A stretch of 64,000 bases of DNA from positions 9,610,001-9,674,000 of the forward strand of contig CP075497.1 of NCBI GenBank assembly GCA_021613535.1. Reading direction: 5' to 3'. Below are positions 1 through 11,691 of the stretch, one piece after another (the stretch's first letter is position 1; each line of letters starts with the position of its first letter). The notes below the pieces were generated by a model, which saw nothing but the letters and a program-made list of their open reading frames with translations, searched no databases and was not told the origin of the DNA. Both the position numbers and the translations under genes were made by a program. Source of the stretch: Adineta vaga (lineage: Eukaryota > Animalia > Rotifera).

Positions 1-1660
1 TTTATTGCGATCATAAATTCATTTCATATAGATCTCGATATCTTCATTGGCGTATTGGTCTTTATTGTATGCTACTGTTACTTGTATTCTTAATTCCATT
101 CTATATTGCATATCTATTACTAAATTCAGTTAAAATCGGTAGGATATTTGTTATTTTGAAATTAAATTCATAGTTTTATGACCATTATTTAGTTCGAGAT
201 TTTCGTCTTGTCATATTTTTTACATTAATTGCGTGGTGTTTTTATTTGTATATGTTCTGGAAACTGGGCAATCCATTTCCGATTTCCAATCGACATGAAT
301 TCTTTAGTATTGAACAGTGTATAAGTCGAGTTGGAATTATCGGTGTTACAGCAATGGCTATTCTAAGTGGATTTGGTGGTAAGTTAAAAAAACATTCCAC
401 TCAAAATTAATGTACAATTCAGATGTTTTCTTTCAGCTGTCAATTGTCCATATACATATATGACGTATTTCATTAAAGTAAGTGTAACAAAAATCTATAC
501 TTTCAAATGGATAAGAATTTTTAATCGTTCGTTTAGCCTGTTACTGATAAAGATATTAGTGATGCACAAAAACGTTTGAAACAAGTCATGGAAATTGTTG
601 CTACTAAAAAGAAACGTGTTGCTTATATTGAGTATGAAAATTCTTTGAAATCTACATATAATTCTTCATTAAATTCAATGAATAATCGATTGAATTTTTT
701 CCGTCGAGTATTAAATTCAAGTTTTATGTCACCATCGAATTCAAATATGTCATATAATCTATCAACAATTAAGCAAGATATTGTAACATATGAAGAAATT
801 TCTTCACAATTATATGGTGTTCTTGTCGATTTACAAGGTGTACAACAACGAATTGAATATTCAAAGACATTGAAAGGCAAATATTTTCATGTCTTAGGAC
901 ATTTTTTTTCATTATATTGTATATGGAAAATTCTTATCTCATTCATTAATATTATTTTTAATCGAGTGGGAAAAGGTAAGATCAAAGAAATAAATTCAAA
1001 CAAAGAAATTTATTTAAAAAAATATTTTTCTTATTTAGTTGATCCAGTAACACGAGGTATTGAATTAACAGTACATTATTTCAATCTTCAATTCGATGTT
1101 AAATTTTGGTCTCAATATGTTTCATTCATATTGATTGGTATTATTGTTGTTACAAGTATTCGTGGTTTATTAATCACATTAACAAAGGTTAATTAACCAT
1201 TGATTTATCATCATTTTTATCATATTTTCCTTTTTTTGTTCTATAGTTCTTCTATATTATATCCAGTAGTCGTTCGTCAAATGTTATCGTTTTATGTCTT
1301 GCTCAATTGATGGTAGGTAGTTTTCATTGAAAGACTAGGAAATCCGGGATGATTATTTAATGCTTCTTTTCAGGGTATGTATTTCATATCTTCCGTTCTT
1401 CTGATTCGCATGAATATGCCTGCACAATATCGGTACAGTTAATCTTGAAGAGAAGGATATTCTAAATAAAAATAAATTTTGATTTTAGACAAATTATTTC
1501 GCAAGTATTGGGTGATTTACAATTCAATTTCTATCATCGATGGTTCGATTGCATCTTTCTTCTTTCGGCATTATTCAGTATTGGCATTCTTTATTTACAT
1601 TATCGAATATCTCAACAATCAATTACACTCTTTGATAAGAATGTTCAAAAGGTTGAATGA
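1..1660 (+). CDS. GPR89: Golgi pH regulator GPR89/GPHR, multi-exon, 5' end outside the window
   Basis: Spliced exons give FWKLGNPFPI, EQCISRVGIIGVTAMAILSGFG|AVNCPYTYMTYF, YSKTLKGKYFHVLGHFFSLYCIWK, DPVTRGIE, FDVKFWSQYVSFILIGIIVVTSIRGLLITLTK, GMYFISSVLLIRMNMP and VLGDLQFNFYHRWFD. Stop TGA at 1658-1660. Confidence 0.95.
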
Positions 1661-2267
1661 ATGAAAACAAAAATTCCGAGTTTCTATTTTTCGTCTTTTT
1701 TTTATTTAGGTTTATTCTTGATATTTGATTCCTATCTTCCGTATGTGTATGAATGTGTATTTGTCAGCAATAAATGCATTTATGGAAAACTATTGTTGAT
1801 TGATGTCTTGTCAAAAGAGAAAAGATTTCGGCTTCTTTTTTTTAACATATGAAACGAGAAATAAACTTATGTATTTAAATTTGAATTATTATTCAAAGAA
1901 AAACGAATATGAGTAAAAGTATTTAATTTGTGACTGATACTGAGGTCAAACAGCATATTAATCAAAAGAAAATTCTACCACCCACATGTTATTTGCATAG
2001 ATACAGCTTCTTTTCTCTTTGCTGTACAGAAATTCGATCAGATTTTCGATATCACCTTTGTTGTCATCAACTGAAGAGAAACAAAAATTCGATACGTTTC
2101 CCTCTATGTTGGCACCGAAATGAGAAAATAAGGATTTGTAATATGACTCGTTTTTATAATTGATTAAGAGACAACAGAAGATAGATATTATTGTATAAAA
2201 GAAAGTCGAATCACCTTCATTCTGTCATTTTGTTATTTGAAAGTCGAATGAAAAATATCTTTTGTTC

Positions 2268-3476
2268 ATGGTGAGGAAGCAATTAAAAATATGATATTTA
2301 CAAACGGTTCAGTATATATTTAGATTTGTTGGAAATTTATATTTATTCTTGCCGCATTAACAACGGCAACACAAGCGGATTGTCCATTGAGCCAAAATCC
2401 AAAAGCTGTCATTGAATGTCTTCGTTACATAACATCAGGTCTTTATGGAGCTATTACAAAAGGTGAGTGAAACATCAAGGTTAGAGAAGAAAAACGATGT
2501 TTCCAATGATCTATTATAGATTTAAAAATAATATGTAATATCGCATCTGATATTGCAAGTTGCGCAAGAAGAGAATTGGGTGATTGTGTGGCAGCAGAAG
2601 TAAAATAATAATTCTAAAACTATTATTGTTATCATCTATAGATATTTTTATTAGGTTGGAAGAAAAGCACTTGATGAAGTTAGAGATTTGGCTGAAAACT
2701 GTTGTCCAGATCGAAATCATCCACGATGCCCGATTCGAGGTTTGTCTAGAAAATCCATTCGATAATGATATTTCATCATATTTCATTCTACTCTCATTAG
2801 ATTCAATAATACATGACCAACGTTGTTTTGCAGCTGATTCTCTTGTTACTCTTGCAAATGGTCAACACAAATCTATTGCACATCTACAATCTCATGACAT
2901 ACTTCTCGCCTATAGCGACAAAACAAAACAGATCATTCCAACACACCTTCTTACCATGCTCGACTTTCAGCTTCATCGATTCGGTAACTCACTGCATTCA
3001 CTTGTCATTTCAAACATATCTACACACGTTTATCCACTCTAGCTCTCTTCAAACAAGTGACAACTACTAGTGGTCGACAGCTATCACTCACTTCATCTCA
3101 TCTTCTTCCAACAAACGAACATGGCTATGTGATGGCCAAAGATCTTCACATAGGAATGAGCATCTATGTGATGAGTGATGAGAAGGTGTTGAGAAGTGAA
3201 ACAATTACGAATGTGACAGACGTTATGAAACAAGGATATGTTGCTCCACTGACTGCTGAAGGTACATTGATCGTGAATGATGTTGCAGCATCGTGTTATG
3301 CAACAATCAACAGTCATCATGTTGCTCATTTTGCAGTGGCACCAATGCGGTGGTGGTATGGTGTGTTTGGAATGTCACGGAAAGGATGTGATGAAATAGA
3401 AGGTGTGCATTGGTTTGCAAAGATGCTGTATGAAATAACTGCATATCTTGTTCCATCGATCATCCACAAAGGATAA
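2268..3476 (+). CDS. Hedgehog-related Hog protein, copy 1: signal peptide + 8-Cys domain + Hint + sterol-recognition region (6 exons)
   Basis: ATG 2268 is followed directly by an intron. The spliced product is M-ICWKFIFILAALTTATQA-DCPLSQ...CCPDRNHPRCPIRDSIIHDQR/CFAADSLVTLANG...LSLTSSHLL...GYVAPLTAEGTLIVNDVAASCYA...HVAHFAVAPMR...GVHWFAKMLY. These are Hint and SRR motifs of the Hedgehog C-terminal domain. Confidence 0.92.
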
Positions 3477-5336
3477 ACAAATTTCTCTTCTTTTGTAATC
3501 TATCTATTTACATGTTAACACGAACGGACTGATTTATTTAAGAACGAAATTAAAGTGATTCAACATACACATACAATAATAGATACTTTATAAGATTTGA
3601 ATGACGAAGGAATTCGTGTGTTTTCAAAGATTTCTAATCATAAATAATCATTGATGATAAAATATATGACAACAATCATGTTAGGTAAATCTATGTCTAA
3701 ACGTCCATCTTTCAGTTTACTATTGCAACCTCACTTTTCCGAGTTATTTTGTTTTCTACATTTCGAAATCGGATACGAATTTGTTTATTTGGCAAAAGGA
3801 AGTATATCCAGTGATAGAATTGTCAACACTTGATTTAAATAAAAATGCATCACGTTTCATATATCATAAACCAGCACTAACATGATCTTTCTGTGTGATG
3901 AATTAATCGCTCGAAATCTTTGAATATTTATTTTTTTCAATTTCGAGAAAACGAAATCAATGTATGCAGTCGTTTGTCTTATGCACCAGAAAAAAAGGTT
4001 TGTAATTTCAGCTTCTCTTATCACAAAGAAGTGACATGATATAAATGGTGAACAACATTTGCATATTCATTTGTCGAACGTTATTTTCGAAGGCAATCTA
4101 CCTTGCCACTCTCGTAATACTATTCATCATGGTAAGTTGATTATAATAATATAATATATTATTGATAAATGATTATGACGGATCGATATAGATATTGTTC
4201 AAAATCCTATGTTTCTTTGGTTGTTTTGTTTTGATCACAAATGCCAAATGTAATTTAACAGCAGAACCATTGGAATTAATTGATTGCCTATCGCATATGA
4301 GCACCATATTACTTGGATTTGCAAAAAATGGTTCGAATAAAAGTGCATCTTTTATATGTTAACTATTGAATATGTTTCAGATATCGGAAGGGTATGTCGA
4401 TCAACTTCCTTGATTGCGCAATGTGCCCAAGGTCATTTATCGGAATGTGTTGGACAACAGGTTTGTTAAAATACCGTTCTTCGTGTAAGGAACTATTGCA
4501 GTTCCTATATTTTCTCTATACAGCTTGGTATCGCAGCTTTAAACGAAATCAAAAACTTGGCACTAAATTGTTGTCCAGATCGTAACAGTGCAAACTGTTC
4601 TTTTCGAGGTTTATTTCATATAGGCAATCTTAGTCTATGTATTGTTCCCTTTTCCTATAGACTCGACACTAAAAGATCAACGTTGTTTTGCAGCTGATTC
4701 TCTTGTTACTCTTGCAAATGGTCAACACAAATCCATTGCACATCTACAATCTCATGACATACTTCTCGCCTATAGCGACAAAACAAAACAGATCATTTCA
4801 ACACACCTTCTTACCATGCTCGACTTTCAGCCTCGTCGGTTCGGTAACTCACTGCATTCACTTGTCATTTCAAACATATCTACACACGTTTATCCACTCT
4901 AGCTCTCTTCAAACAAGTGACAACTACTAGTGGTCGACAGCTATCACTCACTTCATCTCATCTTCTTCCAACAAATGAACATGGCTATGTGATGGCCAAA
5001 GATCTTCACATAGGAATGAGCATCTATGTGATGAGTGATGAGAAGGTGTTGAGAAGTGAAACAATTACGAATGTGACAGACGTTATGAAACAAGGATATG
5101 TTGCTCCACTGACTGCTGAAGGTACATTGATCGTGAATGATGTTGCAGCATCTTGTTATGCAACAATCAACAGTCATTATGTTGCTCATTTCGCAGTGGC
5201 ACCAATGCGGTGGTGGTATGGTGTGTTTGGAATGTCACGGAAAGGATGTGATGAAATAGAAGGTGTGCATTGGTTTGCAAAGATGCTGTATGAAATAACT
5301 GCATATCTTGTTCCATCGATCATTCACAAAGGATGA
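2821..5336 (+). repeat. Direct repeat 2821-3476 / 4681-5336 (offset 1860 nt) covering the Hog module
   Basis: Manual line-by-line comparison finds 11 substitutions and no indels in 656 nt. The 59-nt introns at 2984-3042 and 4844-4902 are identical. Confidence 0.95.
4128..5336 (+). CDS. Hedgehog-related Hog protein, copy 2 (same exon structure, divergent N-terminal domain)
   Basis: ATG 4128 is followed by a gtaagt donor. The spliced product is M-ILFKILCFFGCFVLITNA-KCNLTAEP...CCPDRNSANCSFRDSTLKDQR/CFAADS..., with a Hog domain nearly identical to copy 1. Confidence 0.92.
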
Positions 5337-6227
5337 ATAATATACGTGATTGACCTGTATCGACAATACTATAAACGATAATTTCCCGCTTTTAATATAT
5401 CTGTATTGTATAACAAATATGCGAATATAAGAAATTAAAATAAAATTCTTGAATATTTTATATCAAAGTGATCGTTAAGTGATGAATCGACAGCTAGTGT
5501 GCATTTTATGTAGACTGATGAGTAGGATAGAATTGATATTTTACTATTATTGTGTACGTTATTCAACTCTTTCTGGAGTTGTTACACAATATGAACAGAT
5601 AACCAGCACTATAGTAATAAGGTCTTTTCGTAGAATATACGATACAAAAGAGAATAGATAGTCGGCGGGCCGATTTGTTCATTTATGTAAAATATCTTTT
5701 TCTTCTGATGATGCAAATATGAACGGATACATACTCTCTTCAAAGTAAAATCATACGTTACATACACTTGCCTTTCTATTTACTACATGCCATAAATGTT
5801 GACAGAAAAATGTACTAAAATAAATTATAAAAATCACGCGTCAAAACAGAATAGTGATGATTTTTACGAAAAAAAGAAACGAACGTTTAGTAGACTATGT
5901 GTATGTTTATTCTAAGACGATTGAAGATTACGAGAATTTCAAGTATAAAAATTTAATTGTGCGTAAAAGGAAGCTACAGAAAGAGCATATGAAAACAAAA
6001 AAAAGAAAAAGATACGCAAATCCAAATGAATGAGCAATAGAATATTTCTTCTCGACAAAATAATCATGTTTTGTTTACGTTTTCTTCCGAAGTTTCTTTT
6101 ATTAAAACTGATATTCTGCGAAATTTCTTTCCGATAAAACTAAAATCAATAATTCTCTTCTGAAATCTCTATTCATTGTGCGACAACACTTTGATTTTCA
6201 TTTCACATGCATTGTTTTTCTAAACTT

Positions 6228-7203
6228 TCAACAGAGAAGATTTCTTGGATATGATTTTTTAATCCAAAAAACATTTCCTGGCCATTCTTTATTTAGCCAT
6301 TCATTTGGATTAAGTTCTTTACAATATGGATCTGTAGGAATATAATCACGAGCAGCAAAAAAATTCACTATAAATTGATATCGTTTTTTATGATTAACTC
6401 GCCAAGAATGCCATTCCATCATAATATAAGGAATATTAATCTGATCAAATATTTTCGAACCAGTTTGACACATATAACTTTCTGATGTTTCAATATCTAT
6501 TTTAATCATTGCTGTTTTAACTTTTCGTTCGATTAATATTGGTAGTAAATCATCGAATTCAATCGTTTTGACAACAAATTCATTTTTCGATTGTTTTTCT
6601 GTTGTTCGATTTACTAATCTTATACCACTTGGATCATCTGTTGTTAGAGTTAAATATTTACCTGCAACTGAATAAAGAGCATTTTGAACAAGAACAACTC
6701 GTTGTTGAGCATTTCGCATTTGTATTGCACGAGCTATGCGTTCAATTCCCGGTCGATAACATTCAATAACTAAAGTGAAACGTCCAAGAGCACCTGCTGT
6801 GAACATTGTAAATCCACCAATATTGGCTCCAATATCAATCATGTCCATTCCCGGATTACGAATTAGAATATTTAACAAACGTGTCACATCCGAATCTTCC
6901 CAAACTCGTAGGACACGAACTCTCACTGACTGTATCATGTTTTGAATGCAGACAAAGATTAGTATGATATAAATTAAATAATTTTACTGTTTCAATACAT
7001 GTAAAATTCCTGTCAAGAGATGGATCATCCGGATTAATAATATTAACATTAGGAGAGAGAAGTTCAGATGTTTGAAATGATCCATATTTGTATTTTTGAT
7101 GGATTACTTGAAAAAATCGCAGAATGAATAAGCATAGCGAAATGAATATAATCAATTGGAAAACATTACGACCAACTTTAATAGTATATGTCGATACACG
7201 CAT
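6228..7203 (-). CDS. FkbM-family (Methyltransf_21) SAM-dependent methyltransferase with N-terminal membrane anchor; intronless, frameshift near 6918
   Basis: Motifs are MIDIGANIGGFT, VLVQNAL and MIKIDIETSE. The overlapping upstream ORF supplies the hydrophobic anchor (VFQLIIFISLCLFIL) and HDTVSES, which continues as RVLRVWE in another frame. Confidence 0.8.
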
Positions 7204-8420
7204 TCTTCGATTGTTCAATGATTAAACCAGTTTTGATAATTCGATAGCTTTTTTTCTGTCCTAAACAGAAACTTTTAGAATGAATATAGTACACAGTTAA
7301 CGTACTGTATAAATAGAAAATGAAATGGATGAAAAAGAATCAGAACGCGAAAGTTATGAATCATTCATGCTATGTTATTTCACCTTTTTCGAGGAAAACA
7401 AAACTTTGCAATTCACTTCTTTGTCTGTTCGAAAAAGGCCCATCTACTATTCTCATTTCAAAAACAAAATACGAAATATTTACTTATGTTTTATGTAAAT
7501 ACTTCCTTAATTGCGTGGAAACACTTAGAAAAACTGCTTTTATGTATTTATAGTTTCCATCACATGTAATGTTTGAATTTTATTGCCTATAAGTAGTTTT
7601 TTATGATCTAGTCTGAATCATTTGTATACAATTTACTTACAATTACTTCAACTTAATATTCTAAGTATTTGAATGGATCTATACACTGTTGAAGAAATAA
7701 CATAAATTATACTTGTAGTTATTCTATGTATGGAGGAAATGAAGAATATTTATAGATAGAAAATAGTTTTCTCTCTGAAATTACATCGTTCATCATTTCA
7801 AATATCGTTTGAAAATGTATAATTCATTCTGTTCATTTCCATATCAATTCACAAGAATGCGTTATCAACATCGTCAAAATATTTACTTTTCTTTGAATAT
7901 GAAAATTTATGATCTTCACTATCAAGTTTCTCAAAAAAATTATCGAAACAAAATGTAAAAGTAATGATGAAATTTTGTACGCATCTTAAAAAGATTTGTA
8001 TTGAGAAAGTCAAAAGCATTCTATTTAAATTACTTGTACAACGATGTTTGATGATACAAAATATAATGTACACAACTCTCGTATATTTACAGATCAAAGA
8101 GAATTAAGTGTTATATAATGATGAAATTAATTTTTCGTTAAGCTTTTTGTTTTTGATATTTGGTTGTATTGTATATTGAGGACATTTGTTTGTTATTATT
8201 AAAAGAACTGGAGAAATCATTCCTATTTGTTTTTTATGGAATGAAAGGTCATTGGAAGGGAAATGAGAGTGACTTTTTTTTATCTTGATAAGACCAACGG
8301 ATAGAAAAGGTCTTATATGAGAAGATTTCAGATTTAAGCTGAAATGACAGCTTTCTTTTTCTTCCAGATATTTCTACATAAGTAGAATATTGTAAGATTT
8401 TTCAGTCGTAAAGAGACAAG

Positions 8421-11147
8421 ATGAATGATCTACAATACATTATTATCACTATCATTACTATTCTATTAATGAACAATATGAACAGTACTTTTATTCCTAA
8501 TCGAACCGATTACAATGCATATGGTGTTAAAATAAGCATGAATGAAAATTTTCTTGTTTTAGCTCAAAATCAAAATGATCCTCCAACTTTTCTTATACAA
8601 TTTGCTCCTTATAATAATACACCACTACCACTTCAATGCACTACTTATCATGCAAATCTAACAAATACTTTTATATATACCGTTGCTGTTGGTAAAAATC
8701 AACCTCAAAATAATATTCATTTCTATTTCATTGGTGAATTAACAAATAATCATAGTGGAATTCTAGTTGGTATGGCCATATATAATCGAACGAATGTCAC
8801 AAAAAATCTTGATTCAAATTCATCGTTAATATGTAATACAAGTTTTACATATTATTTTCAATGGATTACTAATTATCAACATCAAGAATATCTTATACTT
8901 GGTGTTGAACCTTCAGGTCAATTTGTGTATGGATTTTCGAATGAATTTATTTTTATATTTGATTCACGAAATACATCTACGCTTGATATTTGGAAGGGAA
9001 ATTTAACATGGCCTGATGCATCGTTTATACCTAATGCTGTCGATATTCATGAAAGATTCGGTGTCATTTCAGGATTTATTTATAATGGTCAAAATTCTAC
9101 AGTAAAATATAGTCCAATGATTTATTTAATGAATTATAATCTGTCAAATCATCATCCAATTGTAGTTAATCAATATCAACCTATTGCAACACCATCAACA
9201 TGGCAAGATTTATTATCAAATGCTGATGCAAATTATTATTCAGCTAAATATGATATGTCTGTTAGTATCAATGAATATGGAGATGTTTTAGTTGGAATGC
9301 AATTTATCAATCGTGTATTTCTATTTTCTGTTAATATCACAAAACCAACGAAACTTAATTTTATTAGTAGACATACAAATGGACGAACATTGGGCAATGG
9401 AAAGAATATCGCTTGGTTACAAAATGGTATTGCTGCATTAATAGTCAATGTGTATTCATTGGATTATATATGGTCAACATCTCAAATTCATATTTATGGT
9501 ATTCAATCGGATGGTTATAATTCAAATAGTACACCACTTTCAGTATTTCCGAATAATCATCAAAAACTACCGACAAGTATTGATCCTGTATTCTTAAATA
9601 TAGTTTCATCACCGTCATCCTTAGCCTTACTTGATAATCGAGGACATATTATTATATTTCTTCCCACATTACCAGGTTTCTATTTAACCATACAAGAAAC
9701 GGGTACAATGCCGTTAATTACTACAGCACAACCATGTTTAGCTGGAACATATAAAAATCAATCAGGAATTCACGATTGTACTCTTTGTCCAGTTGGTACA
9801 AAAAATCCTGGAAATATTACTACATACTGTACTCCATGTTCACCAAATACATTCTGTCCACTTGCATCAGTCAATGAAGTATCTCAAACAGCATTACATA
9901 CTGTTAATCAAGCTATTCCATATCCTAAATCACCAGAAAGTGTCATCTTTGATGATATTCTTATTCGAAATATGTTTAGTATTGGACCTGGTCGTTGTTT
10001 ACCTATTTCACCTTTATTTTGGACATTAATCGTTGCTGGTTTAGCTGTTACGGTCATCACAATTATGGGTATTTTAAAATTTTTTATTAAAAATCCACGT
10101 GGAGGACAAATTCGTTCATTATTAAAATGTATTTTTCGACATACAGATCTGATTGGTGAAGGTGAATTATGGGTTGGTGGTTTAGCATCATTTTCTCTAG
10201 TTGTATTAATAACATTTGCATGCGTATTCAGTAATCATTATGTAAAACAATATCCTATAGAAACATCATCAGATTCTTTGTTTGCATGTGATGCATCTAT
10301 AAGAAATGCTAAATTTGAAACGAGTGTACAATCTTTAGCAATTCCATTAACAGATGCTGATCAAAAAATGTTTGACTTATTAAATAATCAAGCATTTCTT
10401 TTAAATGTTGATTTTGTTAATACGGTAATTAAATGTGATACCGTTTCACTTGAAGCATTATTTGGTATAACATGGTCAACAATTCGATGGTTAGATTGTA
10501 ATAATAATAATTCAACTTTATCTTTATCAATACCACTTCCTTATCAAATTATATCCGTACAGATTTCTATAGCTGATATACGAACAATAGGAGCAATTCG
10601 TATTGGTCTCTATGGACGAGAACAAACGAGTGAGAATTATGTTTTAAAAGAATTAAATTTTTATCATGCATTTTATAAGAATGAATATATCTTAGCAAGA
10701 AATTTACCTGTCGCACTTTCATTAACTAAAGTCGTAAATGAAACATTATCAATCGATGGAGGAGATGCAATTTTTAGTGGAATTTATATTCCAACATTTA
10801 CAGTTGATTATAATAGTTTATTTTTTTCAGCTGATCAATTTGTTCGTTCAACATTAACTTTAACAACATTAACACTTGTTATTACTGAAACACCATATTA
10901 TGTAAAAAATCTACAAGAACCTATTGCTAAACCATCGGAAGTTATTTTTCAAAATTTATTATTTACTACCGTATGTTTAGAATTATTTGGTCTGATATTT
11001 CTATCATACAAATTACTTTTTAAACCATTTTATTTGAATGTTATGAAGAAACATCGACATGAAAAAGGAGAACAAAATAATTATGAAATAAAACAATTGA
11101 ATGACACATTCCTATCTTTAGACAAGATTCACACGGTATATTTCTAA
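8421..11147 (+). CDS. 908-aa intronless membrane protein: signal peptide, large beta-rich ectodomain, Cys-rich ephrin-receptor-like (GCC2/GCC3) repeat, about 3 TM segments
   Basis: Long open ORF containing CLAGTYKNQSGIHDCTLCPVGT...CTPCSPNTFCP, hydrophobic segments LFWTLIVAGLAVTVITIMGIL, VGGLASFSLVVLITFACVF and LLFTTVCLELFGLIFLSY, and many NxS/T sequons. Confidence 0.8.
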   Translation: MNDLQYIIITIITILLMNNMNSTFIPNRTDYNAYGVKISMNENFLVLAQNQNDPPTFLIQFAPYNNTPLPLQCTTYHANLTNTFIYTVAVGKNQPQNNIHFYFIGELTNNHSGILVGMAIYNRTNVTKNLDSNSSLICNTSFTYYFQWITNYQHQEYLILGVEPSGQFVYGFSNEFIFIFDSRNTSTLDIWKGNLTWPDASFIPNAVDIHERFGVISGFIYNGQNSTVKYSPMIYLMNYNLSNHHPIVVNQYQPIATPSTWQDLLSNADANYYSAKYDMSVSINEYGDVLVGMQFINRVFLFSVNITKPTKLNFISRHTNGRTLGNGKNIAWLQNGIAALIVNVYSLDYIWSTSQIHIYGIQSDGYNSNSTPLSVFPNNHQKLPTSIDPVFLNIVSSPSSLALLDNRGHIIIFLPTLPGFYLTIQETGTMPLITTAQPCLAGTYKNQSGIHDCTLCPVGTKNPGNITTYCTPCSPNTFCPLASVNEVSQTALHTVNQAIPYPKSPESVIFDDILIRNMFSIGPGRCLPISPLFWTLIVAGLAVTVITIMGILKFFIKNPRGGQIRSLLKCIFRHTDLIGEGELWVGGLASFSLVVLITFACVFSNHYVKQYPIETSSDSLFACDASIRNAKFETSVQSLAIPLTDADQKMFDLLNNQAFLLNVDFVNTVIKCDTVSLEALFGITWSTIRWLDCNNNNSTLSLSIPLPYQIISVQISIADIRTIGAIRIGLYGREQTSENYVLKELNFYHAFYKNEYILARNLPVALSLTKVVNETLSIDGGDAIFSGIYIPTFTVDYNSLFFSADQFVRSTLTLTTLTLVITETPYYVKNLQEPIAKPSEVIFQNLLFTTVCLELFGLIFLSYKLLFKPFYLNVMKKHRHEKGEQNNYEIKQLNDTFLSLDKIHTVYF

Positions 11148-11691
11148 ACATTCATGTTAGATGTCGATAATGATAGAAAATAAATCGATGTATTTTTGTA
11201 ATTGTTTGATGTAGATTTAAATTAAAAAGAAGAAAATATTTACAATACTGCTGATATAAGCTTAATTAATTTTATTTTGTTTTTCGTATAAATTCATGAA
11301 TCTTAATCAATACTAGTTCGCAAAAATGTCTAAACCTTATCTTATCAAGCAAATTCTCTTCTTAAAAAATACATATAAACATGAGTAATGACAATGAATT
11401 GATTTCCCAAAAGCGTAAATTAATTTTAACAAGACCAAATGCGAACAGAAACACTTGACTTACAAAAATATCCAAATAAGGATCAGCAAATCGAAAGAAA
11501 AATCAAAATTCAGGAGGGTAACAAGGAGAAAGCTCAAAACAAAAGAGAAAATACGTTAAGCACACGCACAAGAGACAAGATGAGAAACGAAAAGAAAAAA
11601 GCAGGAATTTTTTTTGATAGTTTTTTTGTTTGTCTTCATTTTTCTTCTTTTATATACAATAGACCTGAGTTGTGATACATCCAGAGAGATT

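Noticed and set aside
2824-3476. Hint domains as mobile inteins or bacterial polymorphic-toxin Hints
   Set aside because: There is no C-terminal HN/(C,S,T) splice junction, no homing endonuclease and no C-extein or toxin. The AASCYA motif plus SRR and the spliceosomal introns mark them as Hog type.
2268-5336. Calling these genes bona fide hedgehog
   Set aside because: The N-terminal region lacks Hedge motifs (no CGPGR, no zinc-peptidase-like fold signature).
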